Shown piece after piece: positions 8,004-18,201 of a stretch of 64,000 nucleotides of DNA (positions are counted from its first letter, which is position 1; every line of letters starts with the position of its first letter). The position numbers were made by a program, and so were the translations under genes. This DNA comes from Gammaproteobacteria bacterium 13_2_20CM_66_19 (GTDB lineage: Bacteria; Pseudomonadota; Gammaproteobacteria; Steroidobacterales; Steroidobacteraceae). The stretch lies in assembly GCA_001914695.1 (NCBI GenBank), contig MNCZ01000066.1, positions 10,544 to 74,543 of the forward strand, given 5' to 3'. The notes under the pieces are model-generated. The model was not told the origin of the DNA. It saw only the letters and a program-made list of their open reading frames with translations, and ran no database searches.

Positions 8004-9234
8004 CTAGTCGGGCATGGCTCGTTTACGCCTCGTCACGTACTCGCGCAGCGCCTCGTCCCGGGCCGGATCGAGCGGCGGCGGCTGGTAAGCCTCGAGCAGG
8101 CTCTTCCAGCGCCGATTGGCGCGCTGCAGCAGATCGCGCCCCCCTTCGGCGCTCCACTGCTCGAAGGAGTTGTTGTCGGCGAGCTCGAAGTCATAGAAGG
8201 CGCTCTGGTAGTTGGCGAGGGTGTGGGCCGAGCCGAGGTAGTGCCTGCCCGGCCCGATCTCGCGGAAAGCCTCCAGCGCGAAGCCGTTGTCATCGAGGGC
8301 GATGCCGCGCGCGAGCGTATGGAACGCACCCAACTGATCGCCGTCCATGACGAATTTCTCGTAGCACATCGCCAGCCCCGCCTCGAGCCAGCCCGCCGCG
8401 TGCAGCACGAAGTTCGCGCCCGCGAGGAACGCCGGCCACATCGAGTTCGCGCTGTCGTAGGCCGCCTGGGCATCGGCGATCTTGGACGCGCAGAGATTCC
8501 CGCCGCAGCGCAGCGGCACGCCGAGCCGCCGCGCCAGCTAGCCGATCGATAAAGGGCACGCACACCGGCGCCTGGTTGGCCGCGGCGTAGGTGCGGATCA
8601 CCCGGCTGGCTTCACCGTCGAGCACGAGCGGCGAATTGACGTTGACGTTGCCGAGGATCACGCAGTGACTCTCGACGAAGTCGGCCCCGAACAGCAGCCG
8701 GCACATCTCGATGGAATCGGCGGCGCGCGCGGCGCTCGTGACCGAGCCCATGAACGGCTTGTCGGAGTAGCGGATGTGCGCGTACACCATGTCGAGGTGG
8801 CGCTTGTTGACCGGCACGTCGACCGGCTCGCACACCGTGCCGCCCGAGTGGTGCAGCCAGGGCGAGGCATAGGTGAGCTTGACGAAGTTGCGGAAGTCCT
8901 CGAGCGTGCCGTAGCGGCGCCCGCCGTCGAGGTCCGACACGAACGGCGGGCCGTAAGCGGGGGCAAACACCGTGTGGCTTGCGCCGATCTGGACGCTCCT
9001 CGCGGGATTGCGCGCGTGTTGGGTGAATTCGCGCGGTGCCGATCGGCGCAGCTGATCGGCGTGGCGCTCGACCGCAACGAGCCCTTCCTCGGACAACAGC
9101 TCGTACGGCGGGATCGTCCGGGTGAGGTAGGGCTTCGGCGGCGGGCGGCGTGGCGCGCGCTTTCCGACGTGCCACGCGGGCGCTCGGGCGGGCGCGTCGC
9201 GGCGCGGGCGGCTCCGGTGCGGACATCGGCTCAT
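8004..9234 (-). pseudogene. Decayed trimethylamine/glycine-betaine methyltransferase (MttB family) gene
   Basis: The N-terminal part (PPYELLSEEGL...FTQHARNP...GRRYGTLEDFRNFVKL...AANQAPVCVPFI) and C-terminal part (LARRLGVPLRCGGNLCASKIADAQAAY...GPGRHYLGSAHTL) are in different frames. A TAG at 8538-8540 sits at the junction ATCGATCGGCTAG. Total coding capacity is about 410 aa against roughly 480-520 aa for intact family members. Confidence 0.7.
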
Positions 9235-9312
9235 CTCCTCGAAGCTCTTGATTCGCCCCAGCGCGTCGTCTAGCGTCCGCCGACCGCCGCCGCGTGCACG
9301 CCCGTACGCCGC

Positions 9313-11862
9313 ATGGAGAGTCCCATGTCCCGGCTGTCCCTGTCGCTGCCGCTCGGCTCGCTGCTGCTCGCCCTGCTCTGGACCCGCTCGCCGTGCGCTG
9401 CGCCGCAGCCGCCGCTGCCGGCGATCGACCTGCCGCACTCATACTACTACCGGGAGCTGTACCTGCCACAGCTCACCAGCGGCCCGAGCAGCCTCGCCTG
9501 GGCGCCGGACTCGCGAGCCCTGGTGTTCTCGATGGCAGGGTCGCTCTGGCGGCAGCGGACCGATTCAACACTCGCGGAGCAGCTGACGGACGGTCCGGGA
9601 TACGACTACCAGCCCGACTGGTCGCCGGACGGACGCTACATCGTGTACGTGTCCACACAGGGGCAGGCGATGGAGCTGTGGCTGCTCGAGCCGGCATCGG
9701 GTCGCACGCGGCAGCTGACTCACACGGGTGCGGTCAACGTCGAGCCGCGCTGGTCTCCCGACGGCGGACGGATCGTCTACGTGTCGACGGCCTACCACCG
9801 GCACTTCCACGTGTTTGCCGCCGACTTTCGCGACGGCGAGCTCGGCGAGCCGGCGCTTCTCACGGGCGAGAACCAGAGCCCGCTGCCGCGCTACTACTAC
9901 AGCGCCTACGACCACGAGATCAACCCGACCTGGACACGCGACGGCAAGTCGATCGTGTTCGTCTCCAATCGCGGCCGCATCCACGGCACCGGGGGCTTCT
10001 GGCGCGCCGCCGCCGTCGCGGGCGCAGAGCCGGTCGAGCTGCGCTATGAGGAGACCAGCTGGGGGGCGCGGCCGGACTTCTCTCCGGACGGCGCGCGGAT
10101 CGTCTACAGCTCCTATCTCGGGCGCAACTGGATGCAACTGTGGCTGATGCCCGCCAGCGGCGGGGAGCCGTTTCCGCTCACCTACGGCGAGTGGGACGAG
10201 ACGGGGCCGCGCTGGTCACCGGACGGTGCTCAGATCGCGTTCATTTCCAACCGTGGAGGCGACATGCAGCTGCGGCTGCTGCGGTTCCCCGCAGGCAACT
10301 CGCGCGCGCTCGAGGCGAGCAACCGCCGGCGCCTGCGTCCGAGCGGCGCCCTGCACCTCACGGTGCGGGACGAGCAGGGCTCACTCACCGCCGCACGCGC
10401 GGTGGTCACGGACGCGAGCGGGCGGTTCTACGCGCCCGCGCATGCCTGGACCCATCATGCGGAGTTCGACCGCAACGAGCAGCCGTTCGAGGCGCGCTAC
10501 TTCCATACCGCCGGCGACGATGTGATCGAAGTCCCCGCGGGGACCGTGAGCATCGAGCTGATGAAGGGCCCGGCGCGTGCGCCCGAGCGGCGCACGGTTG
10601 AGGTGCATGCCGGCGCCACGACGGAGGTGGAGGCGATTCTCCGCGCGCGGCCCTGGCTCGACGGCAGCGAGCGGCGCTGGGTGAGCGCCGATGTGCACGT
10701 GCACATGAATTACGGCGGGCACTACCGCAACACCCCGGCGCACCTCGTGCTGCAGGCGCAGGCCGAGGATCTCGACATCGTCGAGAATCTCATCGTGAAC
10801 AAGGAGCAGCGCATCCCCGACATCGCCTCGAGCGGGGTGGGGGTCGACCCGGCATCGACGGCCGGGACGCTCGTCGTGCACGGGCAGGAATTCCACACGA
10901 GCTACTGGGGCCACCTCGGCATCCTCGGCCTCCGGGGCGGCATCCTGCTGCCGGGCTACGCCGGCTACCCGAATACCGCTGCCGCGAGTCTCTCGCCAAC
11001 CAACGCCGATATCGCGGATCTGGCCCACGCGCGCGGTGCGCTGATCGGCTACGTGCATCCGTTCGAAGAGGACCCGCAGCCCCTCACCCGAGCCGCCCAC
11101 ACCGACGCCGACGAGCTGCCGGTCGACGTCGCGCTCGGCAAGGTCGACTACATGGAGATCGTCGCGTTCGCGGACCATAAGGCGACCGCCGGCGTGTGGT
11201 ACCGCCTGCTGAACCTCGGCTTCAGGATCCCGGCCGCCGCCGGCACGGATGCGATGGCGAACTACGCGACGCTGCGCGGCCCGGTCGGCCTGAACCGCGT
11301 GTACGCGTCGGTGGCCAACGGCCCGCTCAGGAGCGACGCCTGGCTCGAGTCGCTGCGCTCGGGGCGAACCTTCGCCACCAACGGACCGCTGCTGAACTTC
11401 TCCGTGGGCGGCCGGGCAATCGGCTCGACGGTGCCTCTGGCGCGCGGGCAACGCGTGCCGTTTACCGCAGGGCTGCGCTCCATCGTGCCGCTCGAGCACG
11501 CCCAGGTCGTCTGCAACGGCCGCGTGGCGCGCGAGCTCGCGCTCGGCGCCCACCGCGATGCGCTCGAAGTCAGCGGCACGCTGCCCATCGCCCAGAGCGG
11601 CTGGTGCCTGCTCCGGGCGTTCACCGCGGGGGCGGAGTATCCCATCCTCGACAACTTCGTCTACGCGACCACGAGCCCCGTGTACGTTTCGGTGCGCGGC
11701 GAGCGGCCGCGCTCGCTCGAGGACGCGCACTATTTCGAGGCGTGGATCGATCATCTGCTCGAGACCACCGCCAGCTATCCCGACTGGAATTCACCGGCCG
11801 AGAAGGCCGGGGTCCTCAGGGAGCTGAAGGAGGCCCGGGCCGTCTACGAGCGGCTCGAGTAG
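9313..11862 (+). CDS. Secreted TolB-like beta-propeller (PD40 repeats) fused to a CehA/McbA-type (PHP-like) metal-dependent hydrolase domain
   Basis: Signal peptide (LSLSLPLGSLLLALLW). Repeated PD40 units (WSPDGRYIVYVS, WSPDGGRIVYVS, FSPDGARIVYSS, WSPDGAQIAFIS). Then SADVHVHMNYGGH...VHGQEFHTSYWGHLG...GYVHPF, His-rich metal-binding blocks. Confidence 0.75.
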   Translation: MESPMSRLSLSLPLGSLLLALLWTRSPCAAPQPPLPAIDLPHSYYYRELYLPQLTSGPSSLAWAPDSRALVFSMAGSLWRQRTDSTLAEQLTDGPGYDYQPDWSPDGRYIVYVSTQGQAMELWLLEPASGRTRQLTHTGAVNVEPRWSPDGGRIVYVSTAYHRHFHVFAADFRDGELGEPALLTGENQSPLPRYYYSAYDHEINPTWTRDGKSIVFVSNRGRIHGTGGFWRAAAVAGAEPVELRYEETSWGARPDFSPDGARIVYSSYLGRNWMQLWLMPASGGEPFPLTYGEWDETGPRWSPDGAQIAFISNRGGDMQLRLLRFPAGNSRALEASNRRRLRPSGALHLTVRDEQGSLTAARAVVTDASGRFYAPAHAWTHHAEFDRNEQPFEARYFHTAGDDVIEVPAGTVSIELMKGPARAPERRTVEVHAGATTEVEAILRARPWLDGSERRWVSADVHVHMNYGGHYRNTPAHLVLQAQAEDLDIVENLIVNKEQRIPDIASSGVGVDPASTAGTLVVHGQEFHTSYWGHLGILGLRGGILLPGYAGYPNTAAASLSPTNADIADLAHARGALIGYVHPFEEDPQPLTRAAHTDADELPVDVALGKVDYMEIVAFADHKATAGVWYRLLNLGFRIPAAAGTDAMANYATLRGPVGLNRVYASVANGPLRSDAWLESLRSGRTFATNGPLLNFSVGGRAIGSTVPLARGQRVPFTAGLRSIVPLEHAQVVCNGRVARELALGAHRDALEVSGTLPIAQSGWCLLRAFTAGAEYPILDNFVYATTSPVYVSVRGERPRSLEDAHYFEAWIDHLLETTASYPDWNSPAEKAGVLRELKEARAVYERLE

Positions 11863-11874
11863 GGGAGGAGAGTC

Positions 11875-12939
11875 ATGGCGTCCCCCGCCGCTCGCGCCAC
11901 CGCGCCCGTGAGCGCGCGGCTGGTGCCGCTGGCGGTGCTGCTGCTGGCCGCGCACCCGGCACGCGGGGAAACCGGGCTGCTGCGCGATGTCGTGTTCACC
12001 GATTACACGCCGCTCTCCAGCAATCTGGAGCTCGCCAGGCGGCTGTTGACTCCGTTGGCCGCGGCGACTCTTCCAGAGCGGGTGGCGGGCTCCGGCAAGA
12101 GGCTTGCGGAGCAGCCGATCGAGCTCTCCGAGGAGCGGTTCATCGTCTACGTTCCGGCGGCGCCGCCCCGGCAGGGCTATGGGCTCCTCGCGTTCGTGCC
12201 TCCCTGGCCGGAGGCGAGCCTGCCGCCGCGTTGGGCCGCGACGCTCGATCGGCAGGGTGTCATCTTCGTGAGCGCGGCCCGATCCGGAAACGATGCGAGC
12301 GTGCTCGCCCGCCGCGAGCCGCTGGCGCTGCTCGCTGCTCACAACCTCATGCAGCGCTATCCGGTCGACCCGGAGCGCGTCTATGTCGGGGGCTTCTCGG
12401 GAGGAGCGCGCGTGGCGATGCGTCTCGCGCTCGGCTATCCGGATCTCTTTCGGGGAGCGATACTCAATGCCGGGAGCGACCCGATCGGCGGCGCGGAGAT
12501 TCCCCTGCCGCCGAGGGATCTGTTCATGCGCTTTCAGAGCTCGACGCGTATCGTCTATGTCACCGGCGAGCGGGACGATCCTCATGTCAGCGACGATTCC
12601 GTGAGCATGCAGTCGATGCGGCACTGGTGTGTCTTCGGCCTGGAGAGCTTCACGACGCCTTTCGTCGGTCACACCGTCGCCGACGGCGCGGCGCTGTCGC
12701 GGGCACTGGAAGCGCTGCGGGCGCGAACGCCAACCGACCCGGACAAGCTCGCGCGCTGCCGGTCGACGATCGAGTCGGAGCTCGCGAAGAGCTTCCAGCG
12801 GGTGGAAGCGTTCATTGCAGGGGGCCGCGGCGCCGAGACGGAGAAGCTGCTGCACCAGCTCGACGCGCGCTTCGGGGGCCTCGCGGCGCCGCGCAGCCTC
12901 GAGCTCGCCCGGAAATACTTCACGAGCTCCCCGCCTTGA
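11875..12939 (+). CDS. Secreted alpha/beta-hydrolase-like esterase
   Basis: Signal peptide (LVPLAVLLLAAHPARG) and nucleophile elbow GFSGGA. 13-nt gap after the preceding gene suggests co-transcription. Confidence 0.6.
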   Translation: MASPAARATAPVSARLVPLAVLLLAAHPARGETGLLRDVVFTDYTPLSSNLELARRLLTPLAAATLPERVAGSGKRLAEQPIELSEERFIVYVPAAPPRQGYGLLAFVPPWPEASLPPRWAATLDRQGVIFVSAARSGNDASVLARREPLALLAAHNLMQRYPVDPERVYVGGFSGGARVAMRLALGYPDLFRGAILNAGSDPIGGAEIPLPPRDLFMRFQSSTRIVYVTGERDDPHVSDDSVSMQSMRHWCVFGLESFTTPFVGHTVADGAALSRALEALRARTPTDPDKLARCRSTIESELAKSFQRVEAFIAGGRGAETEKLLHQLDARFGGLAAPRSLELARKYFTSSPP

Positions 12940-13031
12940 GTCCACGCGGAGCCGGTCAGCGGCGCGGGTTTTGCGCGCTGCGCGGGTGTCGCTAGACTAA
13001 GCCGGCAGTCTAAGGATATCGCCCGACAGTC

Positions 13032-13967
13032 ATGGATATCGGCGCCATCGAGATACGCAGCCTCGATCGCGAGACCGTGAGGCAACTCTCGCAGCGGTCT
13101 GACGCTCCCGGCTTCCTGCAGCTCGCCGTGCACCTCGCGCTCCTCGGCGCGACCGCAGCCGGGGTCTTCGTGAGTCGGGGGACTGTGTGGCTCGCGCCCG
13201 CGCTGGTGCTGCACGGGATCGCCCTCAGCTTCCTGTTCTGCGCGCTGCACGAGACCATCCACCGCACGGCGTTCGCGAGTCGCTGGCCGAACGAGATCGT
13301 CGCCTGGGTTTGCGGCACGGTCCTCGTGCTGCCGCCGGAATACTTTCGCTGCTTCCATTACACCCATCACCGCTTCACGCAGGACCCGGCGCGTGATCCG
13401 GAGCTGGCGCAGCCCGGCCCGTCGACGCTCAAGTCGTACCTGTGGCGTGTCTCGGGGCTGCCGTACTGGCAGGATCGACTCACCGTCACGCTGCGTCACG
13501 CGCTAACCGGGCGCGTGACGGAAGCCTTCATACCGGCGGGGAAGTCCGCGCTCGTCGTCCGCGAGGCGCGGATACTGTGGGGCTGCTACCTCGTCGTCAT
13601 CGCGCTCTCGCTCTATCTCCGCCGCGCGGACGCGCTCGTCTACTGGGTGATCCCGGCACTGCTGGGGCAGCCGTTCCTGCGGCTCTTTCTCATGGCAGAG
13701 CACATCGGCTGCGCCCTCAGCGACGACATGCTCGCCAACACGCGCACCACGTGCACCAACGCCGCGGTTCTTCTCCTCGCCTGGCGCATGCCCTACCATG
13801 CCGAGCACCACTGCGTTCCCTCCGTGCCGTTTCACGCACTCGGCAAGCTGAATGCGCTGGTCGGCGGGCGCGTACAGGTGAGGGCTGCGGGCTACCTCGC
13901 TCTGCATCGGGATCTGCTGCGCGACTTCATCGCGGCCAGCTCCGTGGCCCGCCGCGCGAAGCCCTGA
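13032..13967 (+). CDS. Membrane fatty acid desaturase family protein
   Basis: Three histidine boxes (HETIHR, HYTHHRF, HAEHH) separated by hydrophobic helices. Confidence 0.85.
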   Translation: MDIGAIEIRSLDRETVRQLSQRSDAPGFLQLAVHLALLGATAAGVFVSRGTVWLAPALVLHGIALSFLFCALHETIHRTAFASRWPNEIVAWVCGTVLVLPPEYFRCFHYTHHRFTQDPARDPELAQPGPSTLKSYLWRVSGLPYWQDRLTVTLRHALTGRVTEAFIPAGKSALVVREARILWGCYLVVIALSLYLRRADALVYWVIPALLGQPFLRLFLMAEHIGCALSDDMLANTRTTCTNAAVLLLAWRMPYHAEHHCVPSVPFHALGKLNALVGGRVQVRAAGYLALHRDLLRDFIAASSVARRAKP

Positions 13968-13988
13968 CTCAGGCGCGGTGCGGTGCGG

Positions 13989-15575
13989 TCAGGCGCGCGC
14001 CGGCGCTCGAGCCGGCCGCTCGGCCCCGGGGATCGTCAAGGCGGCCGACACGGCTGAAGCGAGCGCGAGCGCGGCCGCGATCCACAGCATCGTGCGCACC
14101 GTCGTGCTGAGTGAGTCCGCGATGATCGAGCGGACGCGCCGGCGCTCCTCATCCGAGAGGCTCGCCGGCATCGGCGGAATGACGAATCCACCGCGCGCCG
14201 CGTGCACCGCCTCGATGACCGCGGGCGAGGCGGCAGAGCTCTCGAGGTGCCGCTCCAAGGAGCGGTTGAAGGCGCCGAGCGCTACGGTGCCGAGCACCGC
14301 GATCAGCAGCAGGCTCCCGACGGATGCGACCGCATTGTTGATCCCGGAGGCGACGCCGGTCCGATGCGCCGGCACGGCATTCATGACGGTCGTCGTGAGC
14401 GGGGCCACCGTGATCGCCATCCCGAGCGCGAGCACGCTCATGGGCAACACAATGGCCGAGAGGGGGCCCGCGCCACTCCCGAGGAGCACGAAGCCGAGCG
14501 CCGTGAGGGCCGGGCCGACGATGAGAGGCCAACGAGCCCCGAACCGGTCGACGAGCCCGCCCCCCCAGCGCGCCAGGACACCCATCACGAGCGTGAACGG
14601 CAGGTACGCAGCTCCCGCGGCCGCTGCGGAATAGCCGCGGGCCTGGATGAGGAGGAAGGGGTAAAAGAAGAATGCTCCGCCGAGGGCGCCGTAAAGCAGC
14701 AGCGTGAGCAGGTTGACGCCGCTGAAGACGCGCGAACGGAACAACTCGAGCGGCATCATCGGCGAGCGGCTGCGCCCCTCGGCGAGCACGAAGCCGCCGA
14801 GCAACAGTGCTCCCGCGGTCACCGAGCCCACCACTGCGGCATCGCTCCAGCCGAGATCCGAGGCCGCGATCAGCCCGTACACGAGGCTTGCGAGGCCCGC
14901 GAACGCGAGCACGGCTCCAGGCCAGTCGATGCCGGATGGCGCATCCGGGTCGCGGCTCTCCGGCACCCGGCTGAGCGTGATCGACAGAGTGGGAATCGCG
15001 AGCAGCGGGTTGATCAGGAAGATCACGCGCCACGACCAATGATCCACCAGCCAGCCGCCGAGAAGCGGGGCCGCACCCGCGGCGATCGCCGAAGCTCCCG
15101 ACCAGACGCCGATGGCAGCCCCGCGCTCCTTCTCCTCGAACGCCGCCCCGATGAGCGCGAGCGAGCAGGGTATGAGCAGCGCCGCCCCCACGCCCTGGAC
15201 GACTCGCGCGGCGATCAGGACCTCGGCGTTCGCCGCGAGGCCACAGCCGAGCGAGGCCGCGGCGAAGATGCTCACGCCGATCACGAAGATCAGCCGGCGT
15301 CCGAACCGGTCCGCCGCCGCCCCGCCGACCAGCAGCAGGGCCGACATGCACAGCGTGTAAGCGTTGATGACCCACTGCATCGCCGCGAGCGTCGTGCGCA
15401 GGTCGCTCTCGATTTTCGGCAGCGCCACGTTGACCACCGACTCATCGATGAACGCGAGCGTCGAGCCCAGCACGGCGACCGCGAGCACCCAGGACTTAAC
15501 TTCGGCGCAGCCGGGTACGCTCGGGCTCGAGCGGATCGCGACCTCGCCGCACGGCAGTGCTTTGGGATTGCTCAC
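13989..15575 (-). CDS. MFS transporter, DHA2 (EmrB/QacA, 14-TMS) family
   Basis: 528 aa with about 14 hydrophobic segments. The N-terminal FIDESVVNVALPKI and LLLVGGAAADRFGRR motifs are typical of DHA2 drug:H+ antiporters. Confidence 0.85.
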   Translation of the reverse strand: MSNPKALPCGEVAIRSSPSVPGCAEVKSWVLAVAVLGSTLAFIDESVVNVALPKIESDLRTTLAAMQWVINAYTLCMSALLLVGGAAADRFGRRLIFVIGVSIFAAASLGCGLAANAEVLIAARVVQGVGAALLIPCSLALIGAAFEEKERGAAIGVWSGASAIAAGAAPLLGGWLVDHWSWRVIFLINPLLAIPTLSITLSRVPESRDPDAPSGIDWPGAVLAFAGLASLVYGLIAASDLGWSDAAVVGSVTAGALLLGGFVLAEGRSRSPMMPLELFRSRVFSGVNLLTLLLYGALGGAFFFYPFLLIQARGYSAAAAGAAYLPFTLVMGVLARWGGGLVDRFGARWPLIVGPALTALGFVLLGSGAGPLSAIVLPMSVLALGMAITVAPLTTTVMNAVPAHRTGVASGINNAVASVGSLLLIAVLGTVALGAFNRSLERHLESSAASPAVIEAVHAARGGFVIPPMPASLSDEERRRVRSIIADSLSTTVRTMLWIAAALALASAVSAALTIPGAERPARAPARA

Positions 15576-15627
15576 TTAGCTCACACCAGGCGAGCGGCGC
15601 CCGATGCCCCGTGGGGGCCGGCAAGCA

Positions 15628-16971
15628 TCACGCTTCCGCGGCGCGCACGATGGCGGCGAGGCTCCGATCGACGTCAGCCTCGGTCGTCGCCCACGATGAG
15701 ACACTGATCCTCATCGCGGTGTGCCCCTGCCAGATCGTACCCCCGCACCAGCAGGTGCCCTCGCTCTGCACGCGGGCAATCACCTCGCGCGTGCGCTCGG
15801 GGCTTCCGAAGGACACCAGCACCTGGTTCAGCACGACGTCGTTGAGTACGGGAAAGCCCTTGCGCGAGAGGCCCGCGGCGAACGCTTCGGCGAGCCGGCA
15901 GGTACGCTCGATGAGATCCTCGAGTCCCGCGCGCCCGAGCTGGCGCAGCGCCGCCCACACTTCGACACCGCGCGCGCGGCGCGAAAAGTCCGGCGTGTAC
16001 TGGTAGGGAATGCGCGCCTCACCCTGGGCGAGATAGGCGGCTCCGACGGAGAGCGCCGCGCGCAGCGAATCCGCGTGGCGCGTCAACACCAGGCCGCTGT
16101 CATAGGGAACGTTCAGCCACTTGTGGGCATCGGTCGCCCAGGAGTCGGCGTTTTCGATGCCGCTGGCGAGGTGCGCGCGCGCCGGAGCAGCGGCGGCCCA
16201 GAGCCCGAAGGCACCATCGACGTGTACCCACGCCCCGCGGCTGCGGACGTGCTCGCAAATCTCGGCGACGGGATCGAAGGCACCGGTGTTCACGTTGCCG
16301 GCCTGCAGGCACACGATGGTGCGCTCGGTGATTGGCGGCATCTTCTCCCGGAGCATGCGCCCCTGAGCGTCGCAGGGCACGCGCGCGACCCGCTCGCGCC
16401 CGAGACCGACCATCGAGAGGGCCTTCTGCACGCTCGCGTGCACTTCCTCGCCGACCACGACGGTGATCGGCGGCGCGCCAAACAGGCCTTGGGCCTCGAC
16501 GTCCCAGCCGGCGCGTGCCAGCAGGGCGTGGCGCGCGGCCGCGAGCGCCGAGAAGTTCGCGGCCGTAGCGCTGGTCACGAAACCGCCGCCACTGTCCCGG
16601 GGCAAATGAAACAGATCCTTCAGCCAATCCAACGCAACCTGTTCGAGCTTGGCGCCGATCGGTGAGCACGCGACCAGCCCCGCGTTCTGGTCCCAGGCGG
16701 AGGCGAGCCAGCTCGCCGCCACCGTGACTGGCAGGGAGCCGCCGGTGACGAAACCGAAGTACCGGCGCCCCGCCGAGGCCACCGTCGCGGGCGAGCCGAG
16801 CTCATCGAGCTCGGCCAGCACTCGGTCCGGGCTCGAGGCGCGTTCCGGCAGCGGACCGTCAAACCGGGCGAGTGCGGCGAGTGCCTCAGGGGAGGGCGCG
16901 ACGGCGCGCGAATCGAGGGCGGCGAGGTAGCGCCGGGCTCTTCCTGATGCGTCGTCGAGAAGATCGCTCAC
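15628..16971 (-). CDS. Pyridoxal phosphate-dependent (group II) amino-acid decarboxylase family protein
   Basis: 447 aa. SATAANFSAL, HVDGAFG and the PLP-lysine block SWATDAHKWLNVPYDSG. Confidence 0.8.
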   Translation of the reverse strand: MSDLLDDASGRARRYLAALDSRAVAPSPEALAALARFDGPLPERASSPDRVLAELDELGSPATVASAGRRYFGFVTGGSLPVTVAASWLASAWDQNAGLVACSPIGAKLEQVALDWLKDLFHLPRDSGGGFVTSATAANFSALAAARHALLARAGWDVEAQGLFGAPPITVVVGEEVHASVQKALSMVGLGRERVARVPCDAQGRMLREKMPPITERTIVCLQAGNVNTGAFDPVAEICEHVRSRGAWVHVDGAFGLWAAAAPARAHLASGIENADSWATDAHKWLNVPYDSGLVLTRHADSLRAALSVGAAYLAQGEARIPYQYTPDFSRRARGVEVWAALRQLGRAGLEDLIERTCRLAEAFAAGLSRKGFPVLNDVVLNQVLVSFGSPERTREVIARVQSEGTCWCGGTIWQGHTAMRISVSSWATTEADVDRSLAAIVRAAEA

Positions 16972-17022
16972 GGCAGAATTGTATTAGGAACAGCACGCGG
17001 TCGTCCGCATTTTGCGGGAGCG

Positions 17023-17601
17023 TCACGCCCAATCCGGCTGCTGGCCCGCTCTCCACTTGATGCTGCAGCCCACGCTCGGTGTCTGTTGCTGCGGAACAGC
17101 GAGGCCGCCGAGCAGCGCCTCGGCTGCCGCGCGAAGATCCGAACCGGTGACCGGAGTCCTGTTCCCCGGCCGACTGCCGTCGAACTGCCCGCGATAGACG
17201 AGTCGCCGATCGCGATCGAACAGAAAGAAATCCGGAGTGCAGACGGCCTGGTAGGCTTTCGCCACCTCTTGCGACTCATCATATAAGTACGGGAAGGTGA
17301 AGCCCTTGAGCTTCGCGATCCGGCTCATCTCGGCGGGCGCATCCTCGGGATGGCTCTCGACGTCGTTCGAGCTGATCGCCACCGCAGCCAGGCCCCTTGG
17401 TGCGAAGTCGCGCGCGAAGGCGACGAACCCATCGAGAATGTGCTTCACGAACGGGCAGTGATTGCACATGAAGGCGATGAGGAGCGCGGGTGATGAGACA
17501 AAGTCTTCCGGGGCGACGGTTCGACCACTCATCGTGTCGCGCAACGCAAATCGGGGAGCTGCCGTGCCGAGAGGGAGCATCCGAGACTGTCGCCGCGCCA
17601 T
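17023..17601 (-). CDS. Thioredoxin-fold (AhpC/TSA-like) thiol-disulfide oxidoreductase
   Basis: MLPLGTAAPRFALRD... and the FMCNHCPFVKH CxxC-type motif. Start is uncertain (ATG 17601 or 17580); the longer 228-aa ORF N-terminus looks non-coding. Confidence 0.7.
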   Translation of the reverse strand: MARRQSRMLPLGTAAPRFALRDTMSGRTVAPEDFVSSPALLIAFMCNHCPFVKHILDGFVAFARDFAPRGLAAVAISSNDVESHPEDAPAEMSRIAKLKGFTFPYLYDESQEVAKAYQAVCTPDFFLFDRDRRLVYRGQFDGSRPGNRTPVTGSDLRAAAEALLGGLAVPQQQTPSVGCSIKWRAGQQPDWA

Positions 17602-17830
17602 GAGCCGTCCTCGCAGATCGACACGCCGATGACACCACAGGCCGCGGATGATGATCGCCCGAGCCGGCCTCATTGTCGATAAACAGCGAGACGCTTGCGA
17701 CATTCGCATCTCTCGAAAGTCAATATCGCAATTCTGCGACAGGGAGAGTTCACTGAAATTTCACAATTCGTCGCGAACTTCCGTTCGGGTCTATCACTCC
17801 AACCTGGACCACACAAGGAGGAGGGGACTC

Positions 17831-18148
17831 ATGAGCAATTGGAAGATCCACAGTCGAATTCCCGCGCGCGCACTCATGGCGGCCACGATCGCGGTCGGGC
17901 TCGCTGCCTGCAATGCACAGATGTCCGCGTCGTCCACCGCCAACGTGCCCGATCCACCGGCGCCCGACGCGGACCTTCCTGAAATCGTGATTACGGCCCA
18001 TGCGCTTCATCCCGGTGAACGAGCTGATGACGCGGCGCGGGGCTCGAAAGATCAGGGGCTCACCGCGCCCGCGGAGCTCGCAGAGAGCCGTCACGCGACC
18101 GCCCGCAAGGCCCGCGTGGCGAGTGGCGCCCCGAATGAGACCGGCTGA
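17831..18148 (+). CDS. Small lipoprotein of unknown function
   Basis: ATG 17831 follows AAGGAGGAGGGG. The signal peptide ends in the lipobox VGLAAC. 105 aa. Confidence 0.55.
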   Translation: MSNWKIHSRIPARALMAATIAVGLAACNAQMSASSTANVPDPPAPDADLPEIVITAHALHPGERADDAARGSKDQGLTAPAELAESRHATARKARVASGAPNETG

Positions 18149-18175
18149 AGAGCGCGGCGGAGGCTGACCCGCGCG

Positions 18176-18201
18176 GCGGACGCGGCCAAGGCCGCGTCCG
18201 C
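18176..18201 (+). terminator. GC-rich hairpin downstream of the lipoprotein gene
   Basis: Perfect inverted repeat GCGGACGCGGCC-AA-GGCCGCGTCCGC, 28 nt after the stop. No U-tract, so intrinsic-terminator function is only inferred. Confidence 0.35.

Noticed and set aside
8530-9050. Restriction-site-like palindromes at both apparent deletion junctions of the mttB pseudogene, considered as an engineering scar or microhomology signature. One junction has ATCGAT, CGATCG and GCTAGC. The other has CAGCTG, CGATCG and GAATTC. The 8-mer CGATCGGC is shared by both.
   Set aside because: Such short GC-rich palindromes and this 8-mer are expected several times by chance in 64 kb at this composition, and they fit common codon strings (Ala-Asp-Arg). 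They are noted but give no basis for a claim.
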